A stretch of 63,993 nt of DNA, counting the filler, from Diploschistes diacapsis (taxonomy: Eukaryota): assembly GCA_023645945.1 (NCBI GenBank). It is 4 parts of 4 records of this genome, joined end to end, with 100 filler letters (N's around TTAATTAATTAA, not from the genome) between each part and the next. Parts side by side here need not be neighbours in the genome. Positions count along the whole stretch, not along the records: positions 48,097 to 63,993 come from JALAIB010000533.1; 3 more parts are not named here. One strand, 5' to 3'. The translations under genes were made by a program, and so were the position numbers. Numbering within the stretch: the first letter of the stretch is position 1; every line of letters begins with the position of its first letter. Of this stretch, positions 48,904 through 61,110 are shown in pieces. The notes beneath the pieces were generated by a model. It saw only the letters and a list, made by a program, of their open reading frames with translations, made no database searches and was not told the origin of the DNA.

Positions 48904-49966
48904 TCAGAGACGCGCTTTCACGTCCTCTTGATTCTCCTTCTCTTTCCCCGAGTCGATCGCTTCGCCCTTCTCCAAGATCTTCAAGTGTGTAACCGGCACG
49001 CCCAGGAAGTCGAACATATAGTGGAACCTACCATCTCGGGTTAGCAAGTGCGTGTTGGCGAATCCTCTTCAAGCAACTTTGACAACTGCCCCAATTTACC
49101 CATCTTCCTACGGTAGCCTAGAGATGTGATGCACACGGAGATGATGGGCTTTAAGAACTCACCTATCACTCCCGAAGAAGGGTTCCACCTTCTCCGCTCC
49201 ACCCTCTTCAAATTTCGTCACGCTAAAGAAAGGCGCTCCGAATGCGCCCAACTTCAGTGCTCTCTCTGTCATCTCACTCAACTGAGCCTTGACCTCTTTA
49301 GTCTGCGCAGCCTCCATGATCCCCTGCACCTCCCCTTCATTTACAAACTTGTTTGCCAGCATAATCACGATGTTCTCTGGCTTAGAAATGTCGATATGAT
49401 GTTTGAATGTGGCTATCCAAAAGGACTCGGCGACCTCCTCGAATACCTCGGATGGATACGAGGTCTTGATATGGTTAAGCACACGCTGCGGGAGGAGACT
49501 CAGGAATGGGAAGAAGGAGGGGAAGCTGCCGCCCTGGATGCCGAAGTACTTGGCTGCGCGCTTGCTCTCGTACGGGGAGTAGGCTACTTTGGCGGGGACG
49601 GTGAAAGGGGAGCGATTGCCGGTTGCTTGGACTATGCCGCCGAGGAAGAAGGGGTGGAATCTGAGTCATTGGCGTCAACGATGTCCGGCGAGGTAAGGTG
49701 GTGGGAAGGTGTGTGCTTTGTACAGTAGAGTGTGGTGTGTAAGAGCGCGACCAGGAGCGGGAGAGCGAGAGCGAGCAAGCTTACTCTATTTGCACGGCAT
49801 GCGTGGAGAGAAGAGCTCGATTTCTGCAAAGGTAGGTGAAGGCATACCACGAGTAAAGGCTCACTAGAAAGCAGCGATTATCAGCTTGGCTTCATTCATG
49901 CAAGTGGTGGGAATAACATTCGCATGACATACCGCAATCGAAGTAGGCGTCAATTTTCCCGCCCAT
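48904..49966 (-). CDS. Glutathione S-transferase kappa / HCCA isomerase (DSBA-like) with C-terminal PTS1, 4 exons
   Basis: MGGKIDAYFDCVSLYSW, PFFLGGI...GN..P...PAK, GAFGAPFF and EPFFGSDRFH. Introns 49932-49864, 49784-49661 and 49162-49028. Ends KARL*. Confidence 0.92.
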
Positions 49967-52900
49967 TGTGAAAAGAGGTCAGGAAGTATATATATCTTGG
50001 AATGAGACCGGAACAAGTATGACCATATATAAGTTCCGACTATAGGAGGCAGCAAGCAAACGAAGGCTGAGCGCAAGTATGACTAGAATAGGAAAATGGT
50101 GAGGCTACTGATATAATCTCTCAAATGTCATCTCCTTGTAGAGGTAAATCCGAGACCGCAACCAGCCAAACAAGGGGAGAATCACAGTTCAATAAGACAG
50201 CACGCTTGAGCAAGTAATAGCCATACACGTGCAGCACTATGCTTACAAGAGATGGAACGGATTAGTACAGATGTTGATATAGTCTACTAAACTCTGAGAA
50301 GGGAAAGACGTTGTGGCGTGCCTCTTATCTCAAGAACTAGCTTTTAGTAAATACTGATTACTAATGCTACTAGCGATTAAAAGGCCTCATTAGGAGTTAT
50401 TCCCTAGTTAGGATTAGTCCAGAATATATCTTGGCTTCTTGTCATTTTTTTGCCTCAGTACCTCAGACAGTCAGACTATGACCCTGGCGCGCTAGTTGCG
50501 CTTGCATTAATACTTCTTCTACACAACATTCATTCTGTCTCGAGTTCTGCGCCTTTGCTCTGATAGGGTTTCGCCAGCTTCTGAATATGCTTTGTTCGTC
50601 TTTCTCCCAATCGATTTTATCTTCAGGACCCATATTTCGAGCCATGTCAACATTGGCCCCCGTGCTTTGTATTTCCTGGCACCTTATGTGCCTATCTCTT
50701 CACACTTGCCATTGGATTCTTTGGTAAGCCTTGTAACAGGCCTCGGGCATGTACTACGAACGAGGTTGATTCACCCTCTCCTGGTTGGGCTGACGTCCTG
50801 CTATGATAAAGATCCTCCTGCACTGCACCTTGTTGATCGGTGTTATAGAGAGCTCTCTGTAGTGACTCGTACATTTATCCTGAACCTGTTCAAATAGATC
50901 TTGCATGTCTCTGAGCTTTAGCTTCAAGTCCATTCCTTCGTTGCGGAAGCGCTTCTCTATTTGCGCTCTTCCGATAGAAGGTGCCTCTTCTGGTGGTTGG
51001 GAACATACTGCGATGTCTCATTGCACCAGAATATAACCTATTCTACATACAAAATTCTGCATTCAAACTGTGTGAGAGACCTTTTGTCTTTCGCAACGAT
51101 TACAGCTCGGCCAAGTGCCTCATTAATCAGGTTTACGGCAATTTCTATTAAAAAGCTGTGCATATACATCAACTTCAATATCGTTAGCCATCACCGCAAG
51201 GAAGCTTGTCTTGTCCTCCGTAGAATACACCTGATCTTTAGGAACCTACTCACTACACGCAGCAGTTTGCTTTCTGGTTCTCATGGTGTCTCTGGACTCC
51301 CGAGATATTCTTGTCTTTTGAATACCGTTCTGGCGAATCCGAGTTCTTTGCTAAATATCTTGTGATACGCTTTTTTCTGTTCCTAATCTTTTACTTCGCG
51401 GCAGCTCGTCGTCGGGCTTCTGGCTGCAACGTTCTTGAAAACCAAATCAACTCCTTTCTGTAACTCATTGTGCTGGCCCTCCGCCTACGCGCGTCTTCTT
51501 GTGCTTTCCTTCTTGCCCTTGCCATGATGACTTAATGCCGAGATTTAATCTTCACTAGCCGGAATTTTAGGATGATTGTTCAATTGGCATGAAGGGCGTT
51601 CAGAAGCATTTCGCAATAATAAACATCTGTTATTCCTTTGCGGCTTATCACATCGGCACAAGCGGTCTTAGGAAAGATCATGTTTTTATTGTCTTATTGT
51701 TTGAATAATTGAAGGGAGCCCGGAACAATAGTCGGCACATTTAAGCCCCCTTTTTTTGTTCGATGCCCCTGCAACTTAAAGCTCTTGTGGTTTACCACGA
51801 TCCATTTGGAAGGTCCTCACACAATAGGGCTGCATTAACCATTGGACAGTCATTGGACACTTCGAACGAAATCAGACGCTATTAGGCTGTGCCAATCGTC
51901 TTGAGCCAAACATAGTTACTTTTTCAATTTACTGTTTCCTACGATGTCGGCCATTTCTCGTCGACTTAGCAATTCGGCGGAGGAAGAACAGCATTCACCA
52001 TCTAATCGTACTAGGTCCGGGTCTCTGGGGAAGGTGGGGGATTTCCTGATGCGTACTTTTCAGGAGGAATTCGGGGAGAGACATCCCCTCGGCTCCTGAT
52101 TTTCGACATCACAGGCTCACCGCACAAGTACCTGCCAAGCACGCAGTATCATCCCAGTGAAGATAAGACGACGGTTTGTTACACCCAACTCCCATTGAAT
52201 GCCACTGCTAACACAGTCAAGACGTCGACCACAAAGGCTTCTTCACAATCACAAGTGGTTATAAGGTAGCCTAATTCCATTCAAGCCTTCTTTGGAAGTA
52301 AGAGCAGAGGGCAAGAGGCACGTGCAGCTATAAGTTGGCAGCAGCCGAGGCACACGCGGCTTCAAAGTACGATATAGGGACGGTAATACACTGTCCCATG
52401 CATCAGCAGGGCGTCGTCATGCATGTGGAAAAGAACAGCAAGTCCAGCCCTCGCTCCAGGGAAGTCCAGGAGCAGGTAACGTGGGACCAGGTACGGCCAA
52501 GTCTCTTCCAGATGGGAGAAGGAAAATTTGGTAGTTGTATCCCACGCACGCGAGACACTACGTTTGCTTTACCGCAAATACACCAACGGGGGCAAAAAAA
52601 GCTCCAGACCACATGTGGGGCTCCGTCCGTCCCGAGAGGAATACGTCCGCCTCCTCGACCCACCGCTCCCCAGTCTTCCGGCAGCGCAAAGCAGGAGAAG
52701 ACGGCTCGCCGCAGGCCGACCGCACTCGTCCACGGATCACCGGCACGAGAAGTGTCCAAGTGTTCCGACGCCCCACGTGGCGGTGCACGTTGGGGACCCA
52801 CAAACCAGGGCCTGCAACATCCCGTGCATGAGTGAAAGGCTCCTTCGGCAGGCATCAGCGCGGAAATTGCTCGCCGGCATGGGCTCCGCCCTTGAGGAGG

Positions 52901-53611
52901 AAGACAGGTACATGCCGGGCACCAAGGGGCCAAGGAGGTATTAGCGGGTGCTGAGGTAAGAAAGTACTGACACGAGGCTCTGGGGGGTGGGACCCGGGGG
53001 ATGGTTAGCGGGAGTTAGTGAGTGGCAAGGTAGGAAAGTAATGGCATTGGGTTCTGCAGGTAGGTGTTCACGACGACGACGACGACGAGAGAGACGCCGA
53101 CAGTGCGCTACGAAAGGGGTACGTTTGTTCCTTCACCACCGGTAGGCCGCGGCTCTCCGTGGTTTTGCAACTCGGTGTTGCTAGGTAGGTCGTGAAGCTC
53201 CTTGAACTATATACGTGTGAAATATTGTGGTCGTTATTGTTCAGTACATTTGCTATTGGTAATAATATTGAAGACTCAATTGCGTGATGTTCTCAGCAAA
53301 GATTATCAGATACTTGATTATTCTATATGCGTGGTAGTAAACCGCCTTTCACAATCCGTTTTTGGTTATCCAGGAATATGAAATCTATTTAGTAATACAA
53401 AGCGATACACAACTATTCCTCCCAAGATTAGGTTAGCTGCGTGGCCTTTGATGAAAGCGTCCCACACTCGCTAGTCTGCCCGCCGCCACCACGCGAGCTT
53501 TCTAAAAAGGCGGGAAAAAAACACCCCACCCCAGCAATCCGTGGTGGTGGTTCTATTGACACGCAATTAGTGACCTCGTCAATCCAAGCTCCAGTCCACC
53601 CAAAACACTGT

Positions 53612-56402
53612 CTATCCACCCAGGCTGCCCCACCCCTTCTTTCTAGTCGGCGTCGCCGGCCCCAGAATATCGTCAAAGCTCCGCGTCGGATCGGGCGTCG
53701 ACACCTTGCGCCCTTGCTGCGGAAACTCGTCCGCCATGATTGCGGGCGGCAGCGGCAGCGCTTCGAGGCCCATGACGACCGAGCTCCGATTGCCCATGTT
53801 GAGCATGCTCAGCCGGGGCGAGCCCGGCGGCGGGAGGAACGAGTCGTGGCCGAGCATGGGCGGTGTGGGCAGTTGCTCGGAGACCGAGTAAGAATTCGAG
53901 CTGGCCGTGCGCGAAGGGCCCGTGGGCCTGGTGGTGGGCGGCTGGAAGGCCTCCTCGCCGGACCAAAACTGTGCCATCTTCCAGCAGTGGCTGCGGTGGT
54001 ATATGGCCTCGACCGAGTTCTCGACCGAGTCGGCGGGCAGGCTGACGACGCCGGCGCCGCCGGCGATGCGGTAGAAGGCTTTTTGTCCCCGTTCTTCCTT
54101 GACCCACGGCGGGTTGCCACGCGGCACTTCGCAGAGGAAGTACTCGCAGCCCTGGCTCCAGCGGATGCCGGGGGCGTCGACAACGACCAGCGGAAGGCAT
54201 TGCATGGTGACGTACAGGAAGATCCACTGGCCTATGCGCACGTCGACGATCTCGTTGATGGATTTGCCGTGTGCCGTGGAGCGCTCAAAGGACATGAAGG
54301 ACTCGAGGAAGGGGGTCGCTTTGACGCCGTCGCGGTCGTAGGATTGCATGAGGGCAAGGTTGATCTCGTCATCTTTAAGCTTTTTGCCCCGTTCTTTCGC
54401 CTTCTTCTTCTCCGAGAGCGAGTCGAAGTCGCGTCTCACCTTTGATAGATCCGGGCGAAGACAGAGGTCGTAGGGGATGGGCGGCCGCACAGGAGGCGTA
54501 CTCCGGTCGAACTCGCTCATCAGGACCCGCAAGTTGTGCAATGCAGGCTCATCGGCGAGCTTCTCGTCGTGAGCACTAGGGTCGGCTTTGCGTGTAGTTA
54601 ACGAAGATTTGTCCACGAGCATGTCGTAAAGATCGGAAAAGTCTTGGTAAAGCTCCTGAAGCACGATACGGTTGAGGCCGCTCTCCTCGAAGTCGTTTTT
54701 CTTCGAGCGGGCCTTGGGTGGCCAACCCCCGTATCGACGTTTGTAGAAAGCCAAAGTAAACCGCTTCATGAGTAGCCACGAGTTTCGCCATGTCTTGATG
54801 TCGACCACTTTGGCAAAGGAGCTGCCGGCTGCTACTCCGGTGAAAAGGCTGGGGAACTCGAACTCATCAAGGCGAGCCCTGGTGTATTTGAGGCGATTGT
54901 ACAAATCCATGTGGGATTTCTCCATCCTTTTTCTCGTGATACCCGAGATGTAGGAGAAGAGCGGCGAATCCGCGTGCATGATGTCGTCCCATTTGCCGAC
55001 GCCGTGAACGTAGCCTTCATTGTACAAGGGCCAGGACTTCATGCGTTCGCCTAATATTATTGCTTCCAGGGTCTTTTCACGACTGTGCCGTATGTCATTG
55101 AGTCGTAAATCTTCGATATATCCCAAGAAGTTTGCGCTAGCGACCTCACCCAAGCTCGACCCATCCATGTTTGTGAACTCATAGTGCGTAAGTAATCCTG
55201 CAATGTTGTTGAAAACTGCAAATAGCGTCGGCTGCTTAGGGGTACCGACAAGGATTTGGCCAACCAGAAAAGCGAACAGATTTCGCACCGCGACGAGATT
55301 TTCCAGGTCTTCGGGCTTGAGCTCCGCACCACCTGCCAAGCTGAGCCCAAGCGGCATATAGAGATGCGTCTTGCCGTCCTCGCCCACAGGCCCGATAGGT
55401 GGGGAACCGTTCGAGTTGAGCGATAAAGATCGGCTCGGGGTTGGTGGTATTTCACTCGCTAAACTGCTGTTCCTTGATAACCCACTGTGCAGTATGTTCA
55501 CCATGCGTCGCGAAGCGGTGATCACGGAGGAATCGATTCGGAAAGAGGGCCCAGAATTGCGGTCGAAGAGGTGCACTACCAAGTCGCCTTGGTCGTTCCA
55601 AAGCTCTGCGACCTGAGTAGCCGTTAGCAAAAGCGTTCCGAACGGTGCGGGACATTGTTACCGGCTGAGCTTTGGTAAGATACGACAGTTCATATGTCTG
55701 CTTCCCCGCCGTTCCAACAACGAATGCCCATGGCTGGTTAACCGTTACCGTACTACCACTCTTCCCATGAGACTTTCCGAGCGACCATGTTTTCTTTTTG
55801 TTCAGCTTTCCGTTCGGGGTTGTCGGTCTCTGGAAATCTCCAGAAGGAGAATTGGCTCGACTGTTGCCCGGACTTCCCGCACTGAAGCTTTCAGGTCTTC
55901 CCCTAGTTTTGCTCGACCCTCGGCTGCCCGGCGACGACGCGCGTTCGGCGAAAGAGCCGCCAATTGGTGGCGGAGGCATCAGTTCCGCCTCATTCAGCAA
56001 ATGACTTGAGTTGGGTCTGCCCCTTGATTGTATACTGGGCGACCGGTCAGTGGTAGGGAGATTGGATGGAGTCGATACCCTAGAGCTTGAGGGAAGCGGT
56101 GGCGAAGGCTCGTGGTTGTAAGGGGAGATTTTTCCGAGATTTAGACTGGAAAGACGATTATGTGATGACGGAACAGAATCTCGCAGCGTAGCGCCAAGAT
56201 CATGCATTGATCGTTGAGCTCTCAGGCCAAGGATAGACAATCGTCGGGAACTGGAGCTGTCGCCTCGAGTGGACGACGCTGGGCGGACGGGTCGCGGGCT
56301 TGGTGAGGTCTTCAGGTCATCTGTGCTTTTGGAGGAGCTAGGCGAGGACCTATTGATGGAGAGGAAGGAGAAGTTTCGAATTTGACGAGACTCTCTCGCC
56401 AT
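53612..56402 (-). CDS. Conserved uncharacterised fungal protein (Ser/Pro-rich disordered N-terminus plus large conserved domain), 2 exons
   Basis: ORF 55452-56402 joins ORF 53612-55630 through intron 55661-55613. Motifs ELWNDQGD.VVHLF...GPSFRI, RNLFAFL, YNEGYVHGVG, YG.WPPK, FSDLYDMLVD, R.GQWIFLY and VEAIYHRSHCW. Confidence 0.88.
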
Positions 56403-56837
56403 AGTGAAGCCTCTCGATGTGATTAAGTATTAGATGGTTGGACTTATGGTGGAATTCGTAGCACCGTCAGTGGCATTGACCACGCCAGCTTGTCATCCCA
56501 GACCCTGCCAACGACGCAAGGGGACCTCGTGCGAGATATTTGAGTCCACGGGGAGAATTGTTAGGGAGTGAAGCTGAAGGAAGGAGAGGTCGCCTAAGTC
56601 TTCAGGGGAAGTGAGACAGCATAAGCGGGGCGGGGATGAGAAACGAAGCTTTTCAGTTCACCCGTAAGCATGGGCTACTTTGGTACGTGTATTCCTACGA
56701 GGTTTCATTCGAATGCGGCGGAGTGTTGTAGGTAAGGCTGCCCGCTGAAGCAAAGGAGCGCTCACAACGGCCACGAATCCCCATATACGAAGCATTCTTT
56801 GGCTGAACGGAGAACGCGTATTTGCATATAGTCTAAC

Positions 56838-56896
56838 ATCTGACTTGCATAGTACGTTTACGGGTATATCTGACTGCATAGTACGTTTACGGGCAT
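56838..56896. repeat. Tandem duplication of a 29-30 bp unit
   Basis: ATCTGACTTGCATAGTACGTTTACGGGTAT followed by ATCTGAC-TGCATAGTACGTTTACGGGCAT. Confidence 0.9.
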
Positions 56897-57168
56897 ATTA
56901 CATTTCTTTCTATTCTTGGGAATCCTGGGGGCTCTGCGCTTACCCGCGGCATCAAAACGTCATTATGTATGCCCATTCAATAGCATCTGATAACTTATCA
57001 CATCGACACTAGTCCACAAGGCCTTGCCTTGTACTGGCAACCCGTGAGACTGGTATGCTAACTTGACTTCTGCGCAATCGAACCAAGCAAGCTAAGGTTA
57101 GATGGGTGGCCGCATTCTCTAACCTGCTTCTTATCGCCCGTATAAGCATCCCACCCGTCTAGAAGCCC

Positions 57169-58688
57169 ATGGCGTCCGCCAGCAAGAGACCCTTGATAAA
57201 CCTCTTGAAGGGCTGGCCTTCGAAGTCTCTCCTGCCCGCATCAACACTCCAGGATGCAGCAAACGCATCGCTTTCCGACCCCAGTATAGCAGAGTCAGCT
57301 TTGCTGTATGGACTGGATGAAGGGTACCCGCCTCTGCGCGAGGCGCTTGCCTCTTGGCTCACCTGGTTCTACAAGCCCAAGCACACTATAAGCGCGCAAC
57401 ACCTGTCAACAACCGGCGGAGCATCACAGAATCTTGCATGCATTTTGCAGGTGTATACAGACCCGATATACACACGGAACATATGGATGGTCTCGCCTAC
57501 GTACTTCATGGCCTGCACAATCTTCGAAGACTCGGGCTTTCACGGCAGGCTTAGAAGCGTTCCGGAGGACCAGGGAGGTATAAATTTACACTATCTGCGT
57601 GAGCATATGAGCAGAAGTGAGAATGCAGCCCAAAAAAAGGGCAATATAAAGCCGGTAAGAGAAGAACGATCGGCCACGGCCTACTTTCAAACGGGATATA
57701 ATCTGGTTGTGCTCACAAGATGAACAGGAGCTGAAGCCACCGCGAGCGGGGACTAAGATTTACCGTCATATTATCTACGCGGTGCCAACATTTTCGAATC
57801 CATCCTCCAAGACCATGCCTCGAGGACATCGAGAGGGGCTTGTGCGGTTAGCAAGAGAGTTTGATGCCCTTGTCATAACAGACGATGTCTACGACCAGCT
57901 GCAGTGGTACAGTGATAAGGAGGAGGGGACCGCCATAAGCACAGCGGTAGAGCCTCGAATCTGCGACATAGACAAATACCTCGATGGTGGGGCCGAAAGA
58001 GCTGGAGCAGATGGGTTCGGCAACAGCTGTAGTAATGGCAGCTTCTCCAAGATTGTCGCTCCTGGATGCAGAACAGGCTGGGCAGAAGGAACGATCAAGT
58101 TCGCTTACGGTCTCTCCCAGTGGTATGTTCTCTGGCTCAATGTCTGGTCCTGCTGTTCACACTGATAAATTATTCAGCGGCTCCACGAAAAGTGGCGGAG
58201 CCCCATCGCAACTAGTCGCCGCATTCTTAGCCGACTACATCAAGACTGGGACCCTGCAAAGTCACATCACCAAGACTCTGCAGCCCGCCTATGCTCGACG
58301 ATATCGACTGATGATGGATGCCATCCAAGAGATTTTGGTACCTCTGGGCGTTAAGCTTCCTCAGCCCGATCGATCTATTATCGGTGGGTACTTTCTGTGG
58401 ATGGAGCTTCCCGCGCCCTTGCTTGCAAGTGAGGTAGCGGCACGTGCAAAGGAAACGCAAAACCTTATCATTGGTCCGGGGCCAATTTTCGCGGTGCACG
58501 GAAATGAGAGGAAAGAAGAACTTGCAAGAGCCGTAAGACTAAGCTTTTCATGGGAGAGCGAGGACGTTCTGCAAACAGGCATAGGAAGACTGGGGGCTGT
58601 CGTCAAAGAGATGCTAGGCGAAGTTTTAGATGGGCAGGGCAGTGATGAGAAACAGAGCGGTCTAGTTGACGACAGCGGAAATGGATGA
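57169..58688 (+). CDS. PLP-dependent aminotransferase class I/II (YER152C-like), 3 exons
   Basis: INLLKGWP, TGGASQNL, YAVPTFSNPS, DDVYD, GSFSKIVAPGCRTGW (PLP Lys) and GGYFLW. Introns 57655-57727 and 58123-58177. Confidence 0.93.
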
Positions 58689-60649
58689 TGTAGTGATTTC
58701 CTTCGCTCGAATCATCGTTTGCGACGTTTGTCAGGGACGGAAGCCACTAGGAAACAGCAACGCAAATCCCTTCCTAGATGTCCAGGTAGGTATTCACCGT
58801 CTAGGTTTATAGAAGGCCCCTGCAGTCTTGTACTGTGAGAGTGAAACCCCGAAATCCCATCAAATCTTCGGCAAAAGGGATATGGTCTGTCCTTTCTTAT
58901 GAAATTATTGTGGGGTACTCGGAGATGCCTACCCCCGGACTCTTTAGTTAAGCTTATCTGTTATTCATTCTCGGAAGAGATGCTTCAAGTTGCAATTGTT
59001 TCCACCCTTGGGAATTACCGGGCGGGACAGGCTTCTGGTAAGCATATTCTTCACGAGTACCAACACTGGGCTAGAGGACAAGGTTTGGCATTCAAGCTAA
59101 TACCGGGGTATCTTCAAAGCCTGGCTGGATGATCTTTAGGGTCCAGCTAGGCCAGTCCCGGTTATCATCTCCGTAAGGGGTAATCCAAAGATCTGGTGCT
59201 TCCAGAGGCTCCCGTCCGCGGATAGTCTTTGCTTGCTCCCCTACTGTGACCGGCTGGGTGATTAAACAGTAATAGCAGCACAGAAGAAAAAGTATGCTTC
59301 AGTCATGGTCATTGTTGATGCACAATAGAACCAGGTTGCAGGCGTCCGCAGTACTGTTCAGCACAGCCAAGCGCATAAAGTACGAGTATATGTTGTGCTG
59401 TACATATTATAGGCTTGCGCAATCTCCAGTGACATGTTTCGACGATCTTAAGTAGTACGTTGTACAGGAGGCTATGCCAATATGCGTGCCGCAACAAGAG
59501 AATTTGCGCAAAACCAAAAGGTGGTTATTGGTACGATGAAGGAGTGAGGTCCTGCGAGGGCTCCCATCATGGTCTCCAGGAAGGTCAGCACTAGTGCCAC
59601 CAAAGTGCTAACCACGCAAAGTGTTCTATTCTTTCACGTTCCCAGCAGATGCCAGCCTCGGCTCCTGGTCTTTGTCGTGTAAGATTCAGTCCAGTCCGCA
59701 GTCGCTTGCCTGGCACGACACCCTAAGTATAACCGAGGAAATATGATCAGTGGCTGGCGATACGTTTCTCAGATTTCCGAGAAGTTTCAGTAGTAAGGGT
59801 AGCGGGAAGTGTGCGAGTGGGACGTTGTCTTAGCCAGTCAAGTCAAGGACTCCAAGGGCCCAAGGGCGCGAAGCCGATATCGACTAATGCAGACAAAAGC
59901 GCCTCACCCGCGCCATCCATTTATTCTGCGCATCTCACTAGTGAGACGTTTCACCCGGCGGCAACGCTCGTGACAGGGGGCTCCAACTGGCCACAACCTC
60001 ACCCAGCTCTCCGCGTCTCTTGATCGCTCCCTTCTCCGCACCTCGTAGAGCCTTAATGGAGCTTCGCGACCCACGTCTTTGGCCAAACCGTGTCATCCTT
60101 GCAAGCTTCTTGTGGCATGTTCCTGTTGACAGCATGGGGCGTGGGCATCTCCTACCAATTTCCCCCAGTCATTTCCGTTGCCTGGTGTATCCCTTAACGG
60201 GCCTTGTGTGCTAAGCACTGCTGAGCTTCGAGACCGACCTAGATGACTAGCCTCAGGTCTCTAGATGCCGTGTGCGTCAGCACTGTATGAGAAATACCAA
60301 AATACCAAGATCAGATGCCGACCGTCCCAGCTACCTGCAGATCAGTGCGCAGAGAGCATGAGCCGGCATTGTACGAGATGGTAAGTAGTCGAGCTGGCTA
60401 GAGTGGATGTAGAGATACTAGAAAGTGCAGGTATTCTATAGAGTCCAAGCTGCTGTAGATCACTGCAGCTGGAGCTGGAGCCATAGAACTACTACTAATC
60501 ACGGACAATAAGACGGAGATGAAACGGAAGAGCTCGAAATCTGATACACAGGCTAAGAGAAAGCATCTCCAGTCAATCACCCGGCGGCTTTCTGTGAGCC
60601 CTAGAATATCCAATAAGCGACAATACACACACCTCGCAGACCTGACGCT

Positions 60650-60680
60650 TACTATCCCTACTATCCCTACTATCCCTACC
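60650..60680. repeat. (TACTATCCC)3 minisatellite upstream of the GH55 gene
   Basis: Read directly from the sequence. Confidence 0.85.
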
Positions 60681-61110
60681 TCGTCCTGACAATATAATCC
60701 TCACTCATATCGGTCACTCTCTTCTCTTCCTGTTCCTCTACAACTCACTTGTCTGAGTCTTTCTTGACCTTTCCTTTCTCAACTCCCTCGCTCGGCTGGG
60801 CCATTGTCCTCCTGTTCAATCGCCGCTTTGTTCATCCAAGTCATTCATTACACAAGTCACTCAGTGCACGGTCATTGTCCCGGCGACCCCTTGCATATCT
60901 TCTTAGAGGCTTGTGGATACTTCCTTCCTCAGACCATATATCCTCTCTTTCAAACCCTGCTTGCAGATTTTCATTCCCATCGCGCTCCTGCCTAGGTCAA
61001 GCACTCAACGCAGGTTGTTACTATCGATTCACAGTGCTGGTCCACACCACACACTCCCTCAACAACAACTTCATACTCCTCACAGCACGCGACCAGGACT
61101 AGCTTCCAGA

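Noticed and set aside
52300..53100. Cluster of overlapping GC-rich ORFs on both strands
   Set aside because: No domain signature or clear codon bias; more likely UTR or intergenic DNA.
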